From Octopus vulgaris (Eukaryota): DNA of 64,000 bases. Below, in pieces: positions 14,241 to 29,651 of the stretch. The stretch covers positions 53,258,001-53,322,000 of the forward strand of contig OX597824.1 of the NCBI GenBank assembly GCA_951406725.2. Direction: 5' to 3'. Under the pieces are notes generated by a model. The model did not search any database and was not told the origin of the DNA. It was given only the letters and a program-made list of their open reading frames with translations. Numbering within the stretch: position 1 is the first letter of the stretch; each line of letters opens with the position of its first letter. A program made the position numbers and the translations under genes.

Positions 14241-14540
14241 AATTATAAACAGGGCAAATTTTTGCCATTTCCCCGCAGACTGAAAAAATGAACAACCTTA
14301 TTCGATTTTCGAACTTTATTGGGTTTTCATCAGAGGTGTCTACATCATTCTGTCAGTCTCTATAGAAACGAGCAGCCAAACTGTTTATATACTCAACAAC
14401 TGCAACAGTTACTCCATACAGTATCAGGGTATGATATAATATATATGTAACATATGGTATGATTATAAACAGGGCAAATTTTACCCATTTCTCCGCACAC
14501 TGAAAAATTATGAACAACCTTAATCGATTTTCGAATCTTA
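14241..14540 (-). repeat. Tandemly duplicated pLTR-like unit (~220-bp period) with a hammerhead at 14296-14336 and a half motif at ~14517-14537
   Basis: ATTATAAACAGGGCAAATTTT...GAACAACCTTA occurs at ~14242 and ~14462. The minus strand reads CCT-CTGATGA-AAAC...GTTC-GAAAATCGAATA-AGG, and the second copy keeps the palindrome AATCGATT. Confidence 0.65.
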
Positions 14541-14879
14541 TTATATTCACAAGTTACTTCGTGAGACCCCTAGATGTTTTATAGCTATTCACTTCCTCAA
14601 CCACTGGTGAACTAAAACTATTACTAGTTTAGATACAAAATATATATTAGTTGTTCACATTGAATGATATATTAATCAATCAGGAATGATATATTAATCA
14701 ATCAGGAAAGGACGAAGGAACGACGTGGTCTCTGTATATTAACGAGAGAAAAAAATAACAAAAAAATATGTCTTCATAGTATTCCAGTAGAGAATTATAA
14801 GTTGGGATGATTATTGACCTGACTGAAGCTATGCAGTTGATAAATACACGTAAACGTACGTAGTATAATTGTTAACGAT

Positions 14880-15600
14880 ATGCCCAAATCATTGTAAAGC
14901 AAATACAATTATGAGTGATATCTAGAGAACAGTGGTGAAAGCAAGCCATTGAATTTGAATAAAAAGAGACGATGAGCAATGGGTAGAATATTAAGCGAAA
15001 CCTAACAACCAGTTGATCTAGCAAGCGGAGCCTCATCTCAGTGAGCAATAATGCTGTCGAGAAAAAATCCCGAAACGGAGTACAATCTCTCTTGATGACC
15101 CCATAAGCTTGATAGCATCTGGTATGTATAATTTCAACTGATAGCATATACATCTGCAAGTTGTTTGCATAATTTTTTCGGGTTCGGAGAAGGATTTTCC
15201 TTTTCACTGGGTGCTGACCACTGTCGTAGTTGTTGGATATGATAATAGAGTATCCAGTTTTTATCACTTGTGATGATTCTATATCGAGAGAAATCTGTGA
15301 GAGAAAAATTTCTTAGCGAAACCGGCTAAGCCATCACTGGCATGTCCGGACACTTTAAAGCTTCATTTACTAAGAGAGAACGAATATTTTTGCTGCTTCC
15401 ATTGAGGAATGGCCTACTTAGAATTCATGTAGCATGCAATGTTGAAATGGGTCTGATCCAACCTCGGGTAAAAAGAATAAAATCGACATGAATTTAACCA
15501 CTATAGTATAAAGTAATCTGCAAAGAAAAAAAAGAAGCATTATGATGTAAAAGTCCAGGCATATTTTTACCAAAAATATTGAAAAAGTAACATTAAATTG
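14880..15600 (-). pseudogene. Decayed mariner transposase fragment
   Basis: Frameshifted minus-strand peptide RIITSDK/WILYYHIQQLRQWSAPSEK resembles mariner IVTGDEKWILYDN..R..QW. A weak match to the HPPYSPDLAPSD region lies downstream. Confidence 0.55.
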
Positions 15601-16892
15601 ATCGTGTCAAAATTGCGATTGGTCTTTCATTCCAACTTAATGTATGTGCATGTGTGTGAATGTTTAAAGACTCTTGATTTGAAAGCGAGTATAAAAATAG
15701 ATATTTTGTACTTTAAGAAGGTCATGGAGTCAGTTATATTTTATTTCCGTTTTTATTATCAATTAATTGATAAGTATTTAATAAATAAATTATATAATTG
15801 ATTGATTGATTAATTGCTTTCTCAAATAATTATGTTCTCTTTACGCACCTTTTACGTACTGTTCACCCTCTTTGTTCTTACTATGACAAAAACTGAACAA
15901 ATGACAAGCTACAGATTACTTGAGAGCACAAAAAAGCAATAACATCAGCAATAAGAACCACAAATATACACAGATATATATGCGTGCATGCACACATATA
16001 CATACATAAATGTATATGTTTATAAATGTATATGTTTATTTATATATAAATACATGTATTTGTATAATTATGATCACATATATTCGTACGTACATACACA
16101 AATGTTGATACGGTCGTATATAGACCTGTTATTTGTGTTATTTGCTTCTAGGTATCTGTGGATTAGATGTATGACAGCAAAATCTCCTAAAGGATATGGA
16201 ATTATTCACTACTGAGACTGAAAAATCCATTTCCGAATGAGATTGTTTTAAAATAAACTTTGTTTTTTCAATGCAATCTATTTAATTTAAGTCCAATATT
16301 TTTATATTTCACTGCGTCTTCGTTTGAACCGAACAAACTAACGTTGGTTACCACGGTTCTTCACCATATGAGCTCTTTCTTTTTAATTCAGATTTACTTT
16401 ATTAAATCACTGATTTATAAATTGAAATTAATAAATCATTTCGGAAATTTTAACATAATTAAGCAATGGCGCATATTTCCTTTGTGCCAATGAAAAAATT
16501 AAAAATCTTTTCTGAAGAAAAGGCAATTTCCTGTCATGTTTTCAAAATCTAATCCCAAAGGATTGCATGTTTGACTCATCTGGAATCCAAGTAACGGAAA
16601 AGATTGATATATAGCGTTTGGAAAGTTATTGCAATTTCAGTTGGGACATAGAAATAGCTTAACAATTTATAATCACATAATTAGTTATGATAGAAAAATC
16701 TCAGAAACCAGGAAATCTAATAAATGAAAGGAACTCAAAAAATAGTACTCATGGGAACTGCAAATAACCTAAAATATTTTTTTATGTAATCCCAAAAGTA
16801 TTTTAATCCGTAAACAGTGTCAAAATACTTTTTAATGTACATAACAGCAAACACCTTTTACTGCCATCAGGCTATCATCTTATTGTCTTTTT

Positions 16893-17110
16893 TTTCTTCT
16901 TTTTACTTGTTTCAGTTATTTGACCGCGGCCATGCTGAAGCATCACTTTTTAGTCAAACAGATCGACATCAGTACTTATTCTTTGTAAGCTTAGTACTTA
17001 TTCTATCAGTATCTTTTGCCAAATCACTAAGTTACGGGGACGTAAACACACCAGCATCGGTTATCAAGCGATGATTGGTGACAAACACAGAGACACAAAT
17101 AAACACATTC
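16893..17110 (-). mobile_element. CORE-type SINE 3' half, truncated at its internal microsatellite
   Basis: Matches 4590-4810. Confidence 0.75.
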
Positions 17111-17238
17111 ACAGTATATATATATATATATATATGCATATATATATATGTATGTATATATGCATATATATATATGTATGTATATATATATATATGTATG
17201 TATATATATATATGTATGTATACATATTTATATATATG

Positions 17239-17273
<35 letters not shown>

Positions 17274-17288
17274 TTAGATAGATAGATT

Positions 17289-17345
<57 letters not shown>

Positions 17346-17346
17346 G

Positions 17347-17472
<126 letters not shown>

Positions 17473-17474
17473 TA

Positions 17475-17939
17475 TCTTCGTTACAATATCATAAATCAGG
17501 AGAAGAGCGTACCTTATAAAATATGAAGCATTTATTTATTTGTGTATGTGTAACGTAAGTTTAGAAAAAAACATTGGTTTCATATCTAGCGTGAGCTAGT
17601 CACCTCTTCAGTTTCTCTAAACAGTAACCGTTATCTGCAAAGAATGTTTGTTTTAAAACACAAGAACGCCGGGGATAATTCAAGAAATAATCTCTTTAAA
17701 AATATGGCCAGGCGAGTTGTCTTCTTTCGCTTGATAGCTAGGCTTTGCAATTTTGAAGTTAAAATTTCCGAAAATGTGGACAACTTCACACGGCTTCCGT
17801 CCTGGAATTAAGGTAGCCTCCTGGCTCGTGTGAATTCATGAGAATTATAAATCTTTCTGCCAAACACAATTTACACAGTCTTGTTCTATTACGATAGGGT
17901 CCACAAGTTTCCAATAATTTCCACTTGGCTTTTGATCTT

Positions 17940-17940
<1 letters not shown>
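17475..17940 (-). mobile_element. 3' end of a second PLE lineage (CxLC..E/LNxRxE..CxH C-terminus) with a hammerhead at 17564-17617
   Basis: Minus-strand peptide GPYRNRTRLCKLCLAERFII...YLNSRTEAV*SCPHFRKF, then GAGAAA-CTGAAGA-..CTAGC(TCAC)GCTAG..-GAAACCAATGTT-TTTTTC. Confidence 0.7.
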
Positions 17941-18620
<680 letters not shown>

Positions 18621-21600
18621 AGAACAATAGTTTCTGGGTTAGACCACAAGATAAACAATTTTGAACAGAGAAGATTAGTCAATACAATGGGCTTCAGTAC
18701 TTGACTTGTACTTTATTGACTCCGCAAGGATAAAAGGGGAAGTTGATGCTGGTGGAAGGGGCCAGCAATTTCAAAGAGGGTGGGATTAGTTGATTATCTC
18801 AGCCCAATAGCAGGCTGCTCCTTTATTTTATTGTCCCCAGAGAGATGAAAGATGGAGGAGGGAGGAGGATGATAAATTTTTCATTAACAGAAGGGGTTCA
18901 ACGTAAAGGAGAGCAGTACAAGGGGGTGAGATAGAACAATTTGAGGGTTTACACGTAAAATGTATCAAATTTGAATAACAAAAACATCGTGTAACCACAA
19001 AATTACAACAAGACTCCTGAATAGTGGGGTCAACTTCCTAAGGCCAATCAAAGAAACCTCACAAAACTTCATGGGTAAGTGCCTTCTCTTATTCGTTGTC
19101 TCTAACTCTGCAAGTGCATATTCAGTGTAGACCCGTTTATACGTCTCCTGCTCATCAATCTCCCATAACGTTTAAAGGAATTCACTTGGGAAGCATCTCA
19201 CTCTCCACTTTCATCTCACTTTCCAGGGAAAATTGAAAATAATTGATCCGTTTCGTCCCCAACGTAAACTATTTCATCATGGCAAGCAAACACACAAAAA
19301 CGATGACTATGATAGGTAACTGTATGACCTTCACAACAGACTCAGCTGATAACTAGATACGTTTTATTAACGACAAAATTTGAGAAACACCAACCCTAGA
19401 TACTAAAAGAGTGAATACTAACAATTTCGTCACTCTGGCCTCATTTCCCCGAGACCGGCTGTCGAACCAGCAAAAATCTCTATTAGCACTGCTACTCAGA
19501 AAATATTTTTCCACTAGAGTAAAATATAACAAACTACTCCAAATCGGCTGATTTGTACTGGCCGGAACTTACTTAAATGGATACTCGAATGATACACCAA
19601 ATGGGAATTTACCACCACATCTATATCTAGTGACCTCAGAGCCACGTTCATTCACGTTGCGTGTTCTGAGCACAGCCATGTTTGGGAGAACCTTTTCCAG
19701 GGAGAGATGCTTCGTCCTCGATGCTAGCTGTGGGTATTTCCACAAGCAGCTTATTTATATAGTTTTTTTTATCTATATTAGACCTAACGTCTCCCACTTC
19801 TTTGGGGAATTTCATTTTTAAAATACTGTCTGTGTATTGCGAAATTTAGGTAAGTTTTATATGTGGTGGAATGCTATTGGTTAATGTGGAATAGTTATTG
19901 AGATGCTTGTATTTTGTGTTTATGGTCCATTAGTCTTTATTATTGGTGTTTATGGTTGTGGCCATTGGTGACTTCATATTTTCTGTTGTTTTAGTTGCTG
20001 TTACTTCCACTGTTGTTGCTACTATTGCCATTGAAGATAATACAGCCAGTATTATTGTTGCTACTGCTGTTGCTGCTTTCGCGGATACTAATTATATTAT
20101 TGATGTCATTGATGCTGTTGTGGATATCCTACGCTGTTGGTGCTACTACTGCTGTTTTTCCTATTGGTGTTGTTGTTGTGGTGGGGTGCTGGTATCGGCA
20201 GAGCTGGTGGTCTTCTTTCCTTTGCTGTGGACAGAAAGCTTTGAGGTGGTTTGTGTCACCACACAAGTGACAACTCTACCTCCTGTCGTCAACGGCTACA
20301 TATAATGTTGTGCTGTTTGGCAAATTTAACAAGTTCAGCATGGCTTTTATACTTTAGTGATCCGTTTGTATCAATGACTCCATCCCGTGGCCTGGCCAAT
20401 TTTGGTTTTGCAGCATTTGTACCTCTAGACTTGGTTTTTTCCCTCTATCTCAAAAAGGATAACTTTCACCAACGAGCGTTTATTTCTGGCGGTACATTAG
20501 ATATTTTTATTTGAACTGCCATGCAACCAAAATAGGCTGAGATAAAGACCTGTTTTTGACCCCTTGGGATTGCTATGGAGTGCCTTGTCAACTCATTCTC
20601 ACTTCTATTGTAAGGAATCTCAGTTCTATTGTGCTGTTCTTTCTTCCTCTGGCTATTTATGTTTTGCTACTCCAGGTTATTCTGTGGAACTTTTCAGTCA
20701 GCTGCCGTGTCGCCTGTTCTATTTCTATACAACTGTTTGTAGCTGATTTGATTCTGAGATGTTCAGAACAACGTTTCGTCCGTACCTCAGGATACTTTTT
20801 GCGTCAGCGAAACTGCTAGCGCTAGATTTGCAAGTTTTGTTTTCATTTTGTGTGTTAGCGTTAATGGTATTTGTTGGGGTGGAGGTGCAACTCCCAGGTG
20901 TGTTGAATGGAAAATTGGACTTTCGAGGGCGGGGAGGGCTTCATTATTATTATTATTTTCAGTTTCCTTGTTGCTATTTTTTTCCTCATTTGTCGTTGCT
21001 ACTTTTGTTTCGTTCGGCATTGGTGATGGTAATAGCTGTAGAGAGGAAGGACCTTGTTGAAGAGATGGAAAGTCGGTGACAAAACAGTTGTTCCAATCTC
21101 TGGTTTCGCTCCCTTGGCAATTTGCCGAAAAATTCGACGTCATGTTCTGTTATAACAATAATATCAGTAACAACCACAATACTACGTCGTGTAGGCTAAC
21201 AGTTAGATCCATGGAAGACATAATATAAATATTGGAGTTGCGATCAAGTTATCTTTAAAATTAAGGAAATCTAATATCAAATATTTGTGGTAAATATAGT
21301 AAGTAAAAGATAATCCGAAACTCTTATTTGTTAATTGGGATAACATTTCTGGAAATGACTGCCAAAATATCCTCACTTCTGTGAGATATAATGCCTCTGA
21401 TATATTTCAGTTAAACACAATATTGATCAAGAAAAAGCTTTTTCTGGATTATTTTGTTTCTATTCGTTGATGTTATGTTTCCCTATACGTGATTCTTTTG
21501 CATTCTAGCATAAACATGTTCGCTATATAATTTCATTTTAATTTCAAAGAATTTCGATTTCCTCTACCACTCGGAGATTAGTTCCAACTTAAATTACAAG

Positions 21601-22479
21601 CTGTCATGTCAGTCAAAGCCCGGAGGCACATTTTTATCATTCCTTTCTTTAAGTATTCTTTCTTCTATTTTTCCTTCTGATTCTTGATATATTTCTTCTC
21701 TTTGCAAATGTTGCTTTTTTTTGTATTTTACGATTATATAATTACATGCCAAATTTATCATTTCCGTTCTCATCTCCTTCCAACTATTTCATTCCCGTTC
21801 GAGACATATTGGTAATGTGCAAATCCGGCCGAACCTTATTTATAACCTCCATCAATATTACAGCCAGATAATTTCTCTCACATATGTTTACTTAATCATC
21901 ATTTATCATGGATTCCATAGCTACTGCTTTTTATGCATCTGCTTCTGAAGTCTTTTTATGTTCTGTAGTATTCTGCACTACATATTTATCTCTCTAAAAT
22001 ATTTTCGGTGTTCAGGTTATCTGCAATGATAACCTGCAATGATCGTTTTGCAGCATGGTTCCAGCTCTTTTTGAAATAAGTTAAAAATTGAATTATAAGT
22101 ATGAAGAACAATGTCAAATCCCCGAATGGTTTTATTGTACATTTAATGGAATTCTTCCAAACAACTATCACTACATTGATCACAGTGAGTATACTCAGGT
22201 ATTGTCCATTGTTTTTAACGAACTCCGAAGTCTTATAAGTTTTACAACTAGAATTATGTCCAGATTATAACAGTTAAGAAGTGAAAGACTGATCTCTTTC
22301 TAGAGAGTAAGCTGCTCTTTCATGAATAACTTTTTAAAGAAATATCCTTCACTTATCCTTTACTTAAGTAAGCAAAGTATAATACAGACACAAAGTCTTC
22401 AGTAAATTTAAACCGAGCATCCATGAATCGGTAGTTGAAGAATATAGCCCGTCATTATTGTTAGCTTGTGTATTTTCAA

Positions 22480-22690
22480 GGCAGCAAGCTGGCAGAATCG
22501 TTAGCACACCTGACAAAATACTTACCGGCATTTCTTCTGTCATTACGTTCTGAGTTCAAATGCCTTTAGACCTTGTCTTTCATACTTTCATGGCCGATTT
22601 AATAGGTACCAGTTGAGCAATGAGTTTTATGTAATTGACTAGCTCCTCTCTCACCAAATTTCAGGTGTTGTGCCTATAGTAGAAATAATT
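22480..22690 (+). mobile_element. Decayed Nin/Deu-domain tRNA SINE
   Basis: GGCAGCAAGCTGGCAGAATCGTTAGCAC...TTACGTTCTGAGTTCAAA, homologous to the copy at 28088. Confidence 0.7.
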
Positions 22691-23119
22691 ATCTTGCATT
22701 TTTGGAAGTTTGGTATACAAGGTAGATTCAAAGCTGAAGTACTAGTGATTTAAGGATTTTCAGGACATAGAAGGCAAGTTATCGTTGCACAAGCTAACAA
22801 TAGTTCTTCACGGTACTTGCAATAATTATTTAGTCACATGTAACTAATAGTACAATATATAAATCATGGACGAGTTGTTTTTCTCACATTATCTTTCCAT
22901 TTACTTATTGTTGCAAAACACAAAGTTTATTGTGCAACACAAAAGAAAAATATTCAAAAAGTTATAGATTATTGATATATTTTCATATAGAATGAAATAA
23001 ATGAGATCAACCATCGAACTGATATATGGTGCAAAAAGATCTCATGCACTGAACATCAAGACACAAATTAAAATTAACTATGTGCGATAAAGGCAATAGT
23101 CAGTATTTGTCTATGTCTC

Positions 23120-23480
23120 TTTAGCATACACACTGAACAAGAAACTTGAAAAGAAGCTTGATGGTACATAGAGAAGAACGCTTCCTGCAGTTCTTAATCT
23201 TCTTTAGTAGAAATATCCTACAAGACAGCGATTGATTGTATGGCAGTCTTCCTATCATCACCTCAGTAATTAGAGAAAGAAGAATACATTATGCATAACA
23301 CTGCTGAAGAGAGAATGACATATCCAACGATATCATTGTCTGGAAATCCACACACGGACACACGGGCAGAGCAAGTAAAGCATATACCGATCAACGTGTG
23401 GACGATACTGGATCCCTGGTTGAAGATGTGAAAACTGCAATGGAATGTCAGGACATCTGGTGTGGAAGAGCTGCATTGAT
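23120..23480 (+). pseudogene. RTE-type LINE 3' relic
   Basis: TLNKKLEKKLDGT*RRTLPAVLN...KYPTRQRL..YGSLP resembles RTE WTLT..LEKKLDG.YTRMLR..LN. Confidence 0.6.
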
Positions 23481-23611
23481 CCGGGCAAGTCACCTGACTG
23501 GCTAAAGGCGTTAGGTCAAAGACTTGCTTTATTATTTAATTAGTGAGTTTAGAATGATGTTTAATTTTTTATAAGTACATCTTTATATTTCAGCAAGTAT
23601 GGAGACAAATC

Positions 23612-23642
23612 CACATGTTTCGATATTACTACATCTCATCAA
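23612..23642 (-). ncRNA. Degenerate minimal hammerhead relic
   Basis: TTGATGA-GATGT(AGTA)ATATC-GAA-ACATGT-G. The cleavage position is G and stem I is lost, so it is probably inactive. Confidence 0.45.
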
Positions 23643-24356
23643 CAAAACCTGTATTTGCCGAAGTAGTGAATAGATAATCACTAACCACGTGTACAAGTAG
23701 GTGCCAACATGGGCATATTTACGAGCAAATAACTGAAGGAAAGGATTCAACGGCATAATTTGCATGAAAAATAATAGTTAAGCTATTGTTAATACACTTG
23801 TTGCAGTGACATAAAAATGATAATGATCATAATAATAATTATACGATGTGGTGAAAATAACATTATCCCAATGACTAATTATTTTTTTCCTAATGCTATG
23901 ATCTACATTAAATTTTCTCGTATTCTTTTTAATAAAATCTTGAAAGATTAGTTGCTTACCAAAATCCTATCCCCTTGAAATAAGGTTTTCACCAAATTAT
24001 ATGGAATAGGTTGTTCTTTAAAATATTCTCAGTGATGTATTTTGTATACATATCGGAATGTCACTCACCAAGAAGAAACGCATATTGTGAAAAAGTAAAC
24101 TGAGTGTGTATGTGTGTCGTTGCTATTATGTGTGTCGTATGTCCAAATTTGGCCAAATGCGTATTTTTTCAATATTTATTTTTGCTTACAATAGCCGGTT
24201 CTTTTGGTCAAACTATCTCCAGCTCCTTCAGAGCCAAGATATCAAAAATTGTCAAAGTGTAGTACAACGGTTTTGCTATGGAATGGTGAAACTATTTTTT
24301 TCGTTTTCTGAAAAAGCAACGTTTTGGACTTACAACACTTTTGCATGATAGCAACG

Positions 24357-24403
<47 letters not shown>

Positions 24404-24422
24404 CATATATATATATATACAC

Positions 24423-24467
<45 letters not shown>

Positions 24468-24471
<4 letters not shown>

Positions 24472-25010
24472 TTTACCAAAATGTTGGCGTAAAGATTGAA
24501 TAGAGATGTAAACTTATTTAGGTGTTCAATTCCAAGAAGTAGCGACTCCAAATAATTTAACGAAACTCTGCGGGTAAATATTCTGTTATCATTGATATAA
24601 CCAATCTGTATGTGAAAAGAAGTTGTTTTCGTATTGCCAGGTTTCAATCAAATCATTTACATTTATTGTGACTGTCAGGGTAAACCAGGTATTGATGTGA
24701 ACCTAACCTTATTTGAAATGGATATTTCATCACTAGTGGGCTTATGTACTGCTTCTGAAGTGTTTTCCATAAAAGCTAGAATCTGCAGAAGATTATACCA
24801 GCTTTCATGATAATAAGCAGTTTAGAAACTTCCTTGTAAAAAGAAAAACTGTTGTCTATCGCAGATTTCCATTTAGAAAATACTGTTAAGTGGTATTTAT
24901 AGATAGATAGGAATAAATTAGCCTCGAATGACTTAGAATAAAAACTCACTGAGACTCTATTTATTTCAGACACCAGTGACATTAGACGTTTAATAACTAC
25001 TATTTGAAGT
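24468..25010 (-). pseudogene. Heavily decayed PLE fragment ending in (TA)n
   Basis: AVHKPT (RT thumb-like) and LNYLESLLLGIEHLNK (GIY-YIG end-like) on the minus strand. Confidence 0.45.
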
Positions 25011-26999
25011 CAATTTAATCATATATAATGCAAGACTATAAGAAATTCATGCAAATATGGATGTGTACATACATATATACACAAACACACACATATATAA
25101 GCAGACATATGCATGTATATATGTATGCATATGTGCATGTACGTATGTATATATGTATGTATGTATGTATGTATGTTCCATCAATGTATCTAGCTTTCGC
25201 AGCAGCAGCAGCTTGTGTCTGATATAATAAGAATAGAAACACGCATCTGCTTAGAAAAATACTGGTCTGTCGCACATAAATCAGAAGTAAGAGCACATAT
25301 ATTGGACCATATATTTTCTCTCACGCCTGAAAATAGATCATGCTTATTATTACTGAAAAACATTTCAAACAATATAATCTATGTATGCGTATATTTGTAC
25401 ATTTATGCAAAAATTTGTGAGCGCGCGTGCATTCATGCATGCGTCGCGTGCGTGCGTGAATGTGTGTGTGCACATGTGTGTGTGTGCATGTGCGTGTTCT
25501 AGTGTACATGTATATGCGCTTGGAGGAGGTAAGTGTGCGCAAGATATCTTTTAATATATGAGTCTTTGTAGCAGTTATTGCATTGGAAAGATTGACATAG
25601 TGTCGCACAAAATACCTTGTGGTAATTAGTTGCTTGATTTTCTGGTTTCAAATCTCACCGATGTCGACTCTACATTTTATCATCACGGAGAATGATAGAA
25701 TAGCTACAAATCATGGGTTCTGCCAATCACCTATGCTCTCAATAGGTTTTTAGAATCAATATGCGATTCTCTCTATATGACTTTCAATATATGACTCACA
25801 GTACATTAAAAGCTACACCGTCAGCCCTTAGCTCTGCACTACTAGTAGGAAATCAATTACACATTTCGAAGTGTTTGACCAAAATTTTATTTGTAGAACT
25901 GCTTCAAACGATTTTGGCTGACAAACTGTTCAATCCTTCTTTGTCTGGTATTTTTTCTAAGCCTGCTTCATCTCACTATTTACTGGACTAATACTGGAAT
26001 ATCAGAATTCAAATGCTTGTGTAATCCGCGATAAATGGAACAAGAATCAAGAAGTATGGATTTATATATTTATTAGAGATATTTTTAAATGCTACAACAC
26101 TTACACACACAACGAAGCATCTACTCAAAATATGTGGCTCTTACTTGCCGAAGACTGGATTTCAACTTCCCTTTCCAAATAATGTGAGTAAGGGTTTGTG
26201 AGCGAAGTGCTAACGTCTTAAATCAAAGTAGTGGAAGTTCACACTTACATATATGTGTGTGTGTGTGTGCGTGTTCATATAAGTGTTTGTGTGTATGTCT
26301 GTATGCGTGTGTGTGTGTGTGTTGGGTGGGTGGGTTTTGTGTGTATTAAACAGTTCAACTCGATTAACTAGTCGCCACTAGAATTTCCCATGTAGGATTT
26401 TTCAAATAGTGGTAACTTTTAAATAGTTCCAAGTATGCCATTTTAAAATCTTACTGGGGAACCTGTACAGAAATGGACGATTAACTAACCTAATTATACA
26501 GTTAAATATAAATATTTTCATTATAAAATGGTATTGAGATGTGCCTGTATTCTTCTTGTATCATTTGGTGACAAATATTAGACATTGGTGTACACAAACA
26601 TATACACACACACATACATACGCACACACATATACACGCATGGCTACTTCAACGAACTGCTAATGTGCAAATATCGGCAGTTTGTCATGAATAGGCATTG
26701 TAAAAACTGTAGTTAAAGACGAAGTGAAAGTAGCATAACTACGTTATCAAGAGTAATGTCCTTTAAAGCAACGATCATCGGTATTTGTTATTTACCTATG
26801 AGAAGGTGTTTTCGTCCCCTAGGGGCGGCATTACTCATTATGTGGAAACTTTGAAGAGTGTATGACCATCTCTGGAACTTAAGCGATGTATTTTCTCAGG
26901 GTGAACGAAATCGGATGAAAAGTATTGATTTTAAGGGGGATCAAGAAAAAAGGCCTGTACACACACATACACACACATCTTTCGTTTTATTATATACAC

Positions 27000-27034
<35 letters not shown>

Positions 27035-28087
27035 TGTATGTATTATGTATGTATGCATGCATGTCTGTCTGTATGTATGCATGTATTATGTATGTGTGTG
27101 TGCTTGTATTGAATTTTTGCGTATTATTGGATCCTCCAACAGCAGTTGTGGCAATGAATACACATCCCCAGCAAATGTGTTTAACCTAGAGGTAGCGCAA
27201 CTACATTCCATTGTTTACAAAAACATCATGTGAATGGCCAGTCAAAATAATATGTGATTCAGCAAAGTATCTTTTAAGTGTCCAGTGAGGATGAAATAAT
27301 TTCAAAATTATATTTATTGAGAGATAATATTGTGACCAATAAATTAAATATAATATGGAATAATGTTATATGAGATCAAATAAAATAAGATTAATAAGGA
27401 GATACAGTTATAGATGACTGAATAAAGTAAGTACCCTACTATCTGTAGATGTAGTTTGGAGGGAGGTTAACTCGGATGTAGTAAATTAAACAGTAATAAA
27501 ATGAATAGATTAAGTAATTGATTAGCTAAATTTCTAAAAAGACAAATAGATAAATAAGTAGCAGTTGTGTAAATAATTTCATAATAAAGTAATTAAGTAA
27601 TTTGTTAATAATTAATATGTTTTTTAATAATTGTACAAAATAAACTAAATGATATAGATCAAAACAGAAGGTGGCAAAGCTGGGATATCTTACAGGTATG
27701 TAGCAAAGCCATTTATATTGGAAAGGAAGTGATTAGTGAGTATTGATGAAATGGATGTAGGAGTAAATTTGCAAGATATTACATGAAACTTTCAATATTT
27801 GTGATATATGAAGGATATAACAACAAATGTGAACATCAGTGCGGTATTATTGGTCTCTTACGTAACGTTACAAGAACTAATTCATCACTATGTCTGCGTG
27901 ATCCCTTATCAAATCCTGAAATGTAGGTTTAATGTCTGAATGTCAAATGCTTATCCATTTAGATGCAAGTTTCATTGCTGAAACTGACCCCAGCTGTTGT
28001 TGAGTAACCAATGAAAATTCAAGTTTACATATAGATTTCAAGTGAAAAGACCTGACCCATTCAGCTTGTTGATTTAAATATAAATCT

Positions 28088-28486
28088 AAGGCGGCGAGCT
28101 GGCAGAAATGTTAGCATGCCGGGTGAAATGCGTAGCCGTATTTCGTCTGCCGTTACGTTCTGAGTTCAAATTCCGCTGAGGTCGACTTTGCCTTTCATCC
28201 TTTCAGGGTCGATAAATTAAGTACTAGTTCCGCACTGGGGTCGATGTAATCGATTTAATCAGTTAGTCTGTTCTTGTTTGTCCTCTCTGTGTTTAGCCCC
28301 TTGTGGGTAGTAAAGAAATAGGTATTTCGTCTGCCGCTACGTTCTGAGTTCAAATTCCGCCGAGGTCGACTTTGCCTTTCATCCTTTCGAGGTCGATAAA
28401 TTAAGTACTAGTTGCGTGCTGTGGTCGATCTAATCGACTGTCCCCCTCCCAAAAAATTTCTGGCCTTGTGTCTAGAGTAGAAAAGT
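28088..28486 (+). mobile_element. Young Nin/Deu-domain tRNA SINE with an internal duplication and a 16-bp TSD
   Basis: GTCGACTTTGCCTTTCATCCTTTC..GGTCGATAAATTAAGTAC occurs twice. The TSD ATTTAAATATAAATCT is at 28072-28087 and 28487-28502. Confidence 0.9.
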
Positions 28487-29479
28487 ATTTAAATATAAAT
28501 CTCACGAATTAGGATTGTTAGATGCCTACACTGTTGCAGCGCTTCGCGTTCAGTGGCTAAGCAGAGCACGCATACCTGGCTGCTAGGTTAATGCTTTAAC
28601 TATTAATTTGTCTTTCCTTATAGCAGTTCTGGAAATCAATCGCCATTATTGTAGTGAGATATTAGAAAGCAGTACGAAAACCCAACTATGAAAAATTTCT
28701 AAACACGTTACTAAGTTTCAAAGAAAACCACCTGTAGGTTAATAGGTGAAACAAAATGTAGGAAATTTCTAAATACGTACCCTTTTCTGAAGAAACATAA
28801 TTAAAAGGTAGATAGGTTAATATTTTTACTACAATATTCTTTTTATTCTATACAATGTCTTGGAATTTTGAAAAGTCTACAGAATATTTGAATAAACATG
28901 AATGCATTAATGAGCTGAGAGATAGCGAATATTAGAATAAACAATGTTTGACAAATAGCTACTGGGTAAGAAACAGGAAAATTTTCATTTAGAAGTTTAA
29001 AGGCTATCAGACTACTGTATTTGACACCAGAAAACAGAAGAAACGTTAATCTCGATTAATTTGGCATCAGTTCCTTTGTGGAATATTCTTACACCTTTAT
29101 TACTTGGTGTTATTAAAGATTTGATTTTCAGTTACTATGCTCTGTATGTTTCGATTAGTATCTAAAGATATGCTTGATTGTAACGTGAATTTTGCTAAGG
29201 CTACCTTCTTTATACGTTTGTGTAGATAGCAAATCCCCATAACTGTTTAAAAGCATGCTGCACAAATTTGTTACGTTATTTTGCAATTATAACTTTACAT
29301 CAAGGATTTCAAAAAGACTTAGCATTTATTGAGCCACCATTTAACTCCTCCAGTCAAAGTCACGATTCTCAGTTTGTTAGAAACCTAAAGCAAATTAGTT
29401 TTCTCTCTAAAGCAACTGACTAATCTAAAATTTCACATACACCCAAGTATCACATTGGTTGTGGGGGTATATTTATTTA

Positions 29480-29651
29480 TTTATTTATTTGTCTTCCCTT
29501 CTCTGGATCTTTCCTTTTCCTATGTTTCTGACGAAGAGCTCCGCTCGAAACGTTTCACCCTCCTTCTTCCCTTCCTGGGCGTCCAATAATACTATATTTG
29601 TTCCACATCCTCGCGTTGTTGTGTTTTCTCTTTGTGTTTTCATGTTTGGAT

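Noticed and set aside
19940-21200. Cluster of overlapping ORFs, possibly a LINE ORF1 or host exon
   Set aside because: Low-complexity (GTT/GCT) drift and many stops, with no motif that can be named.
25760-26000. Possible pogo/Tigger DDE relic (DEAGL) on the minus strand; similar weak hints near 16560, 21600, 37600 and 62250
   Set aside because: Too decayed to support without a profile search.
28090-28180. tRNA gene
   Set aside because: The A/B-box-like head belongs to a SINE; no cloverleaf can be completed.
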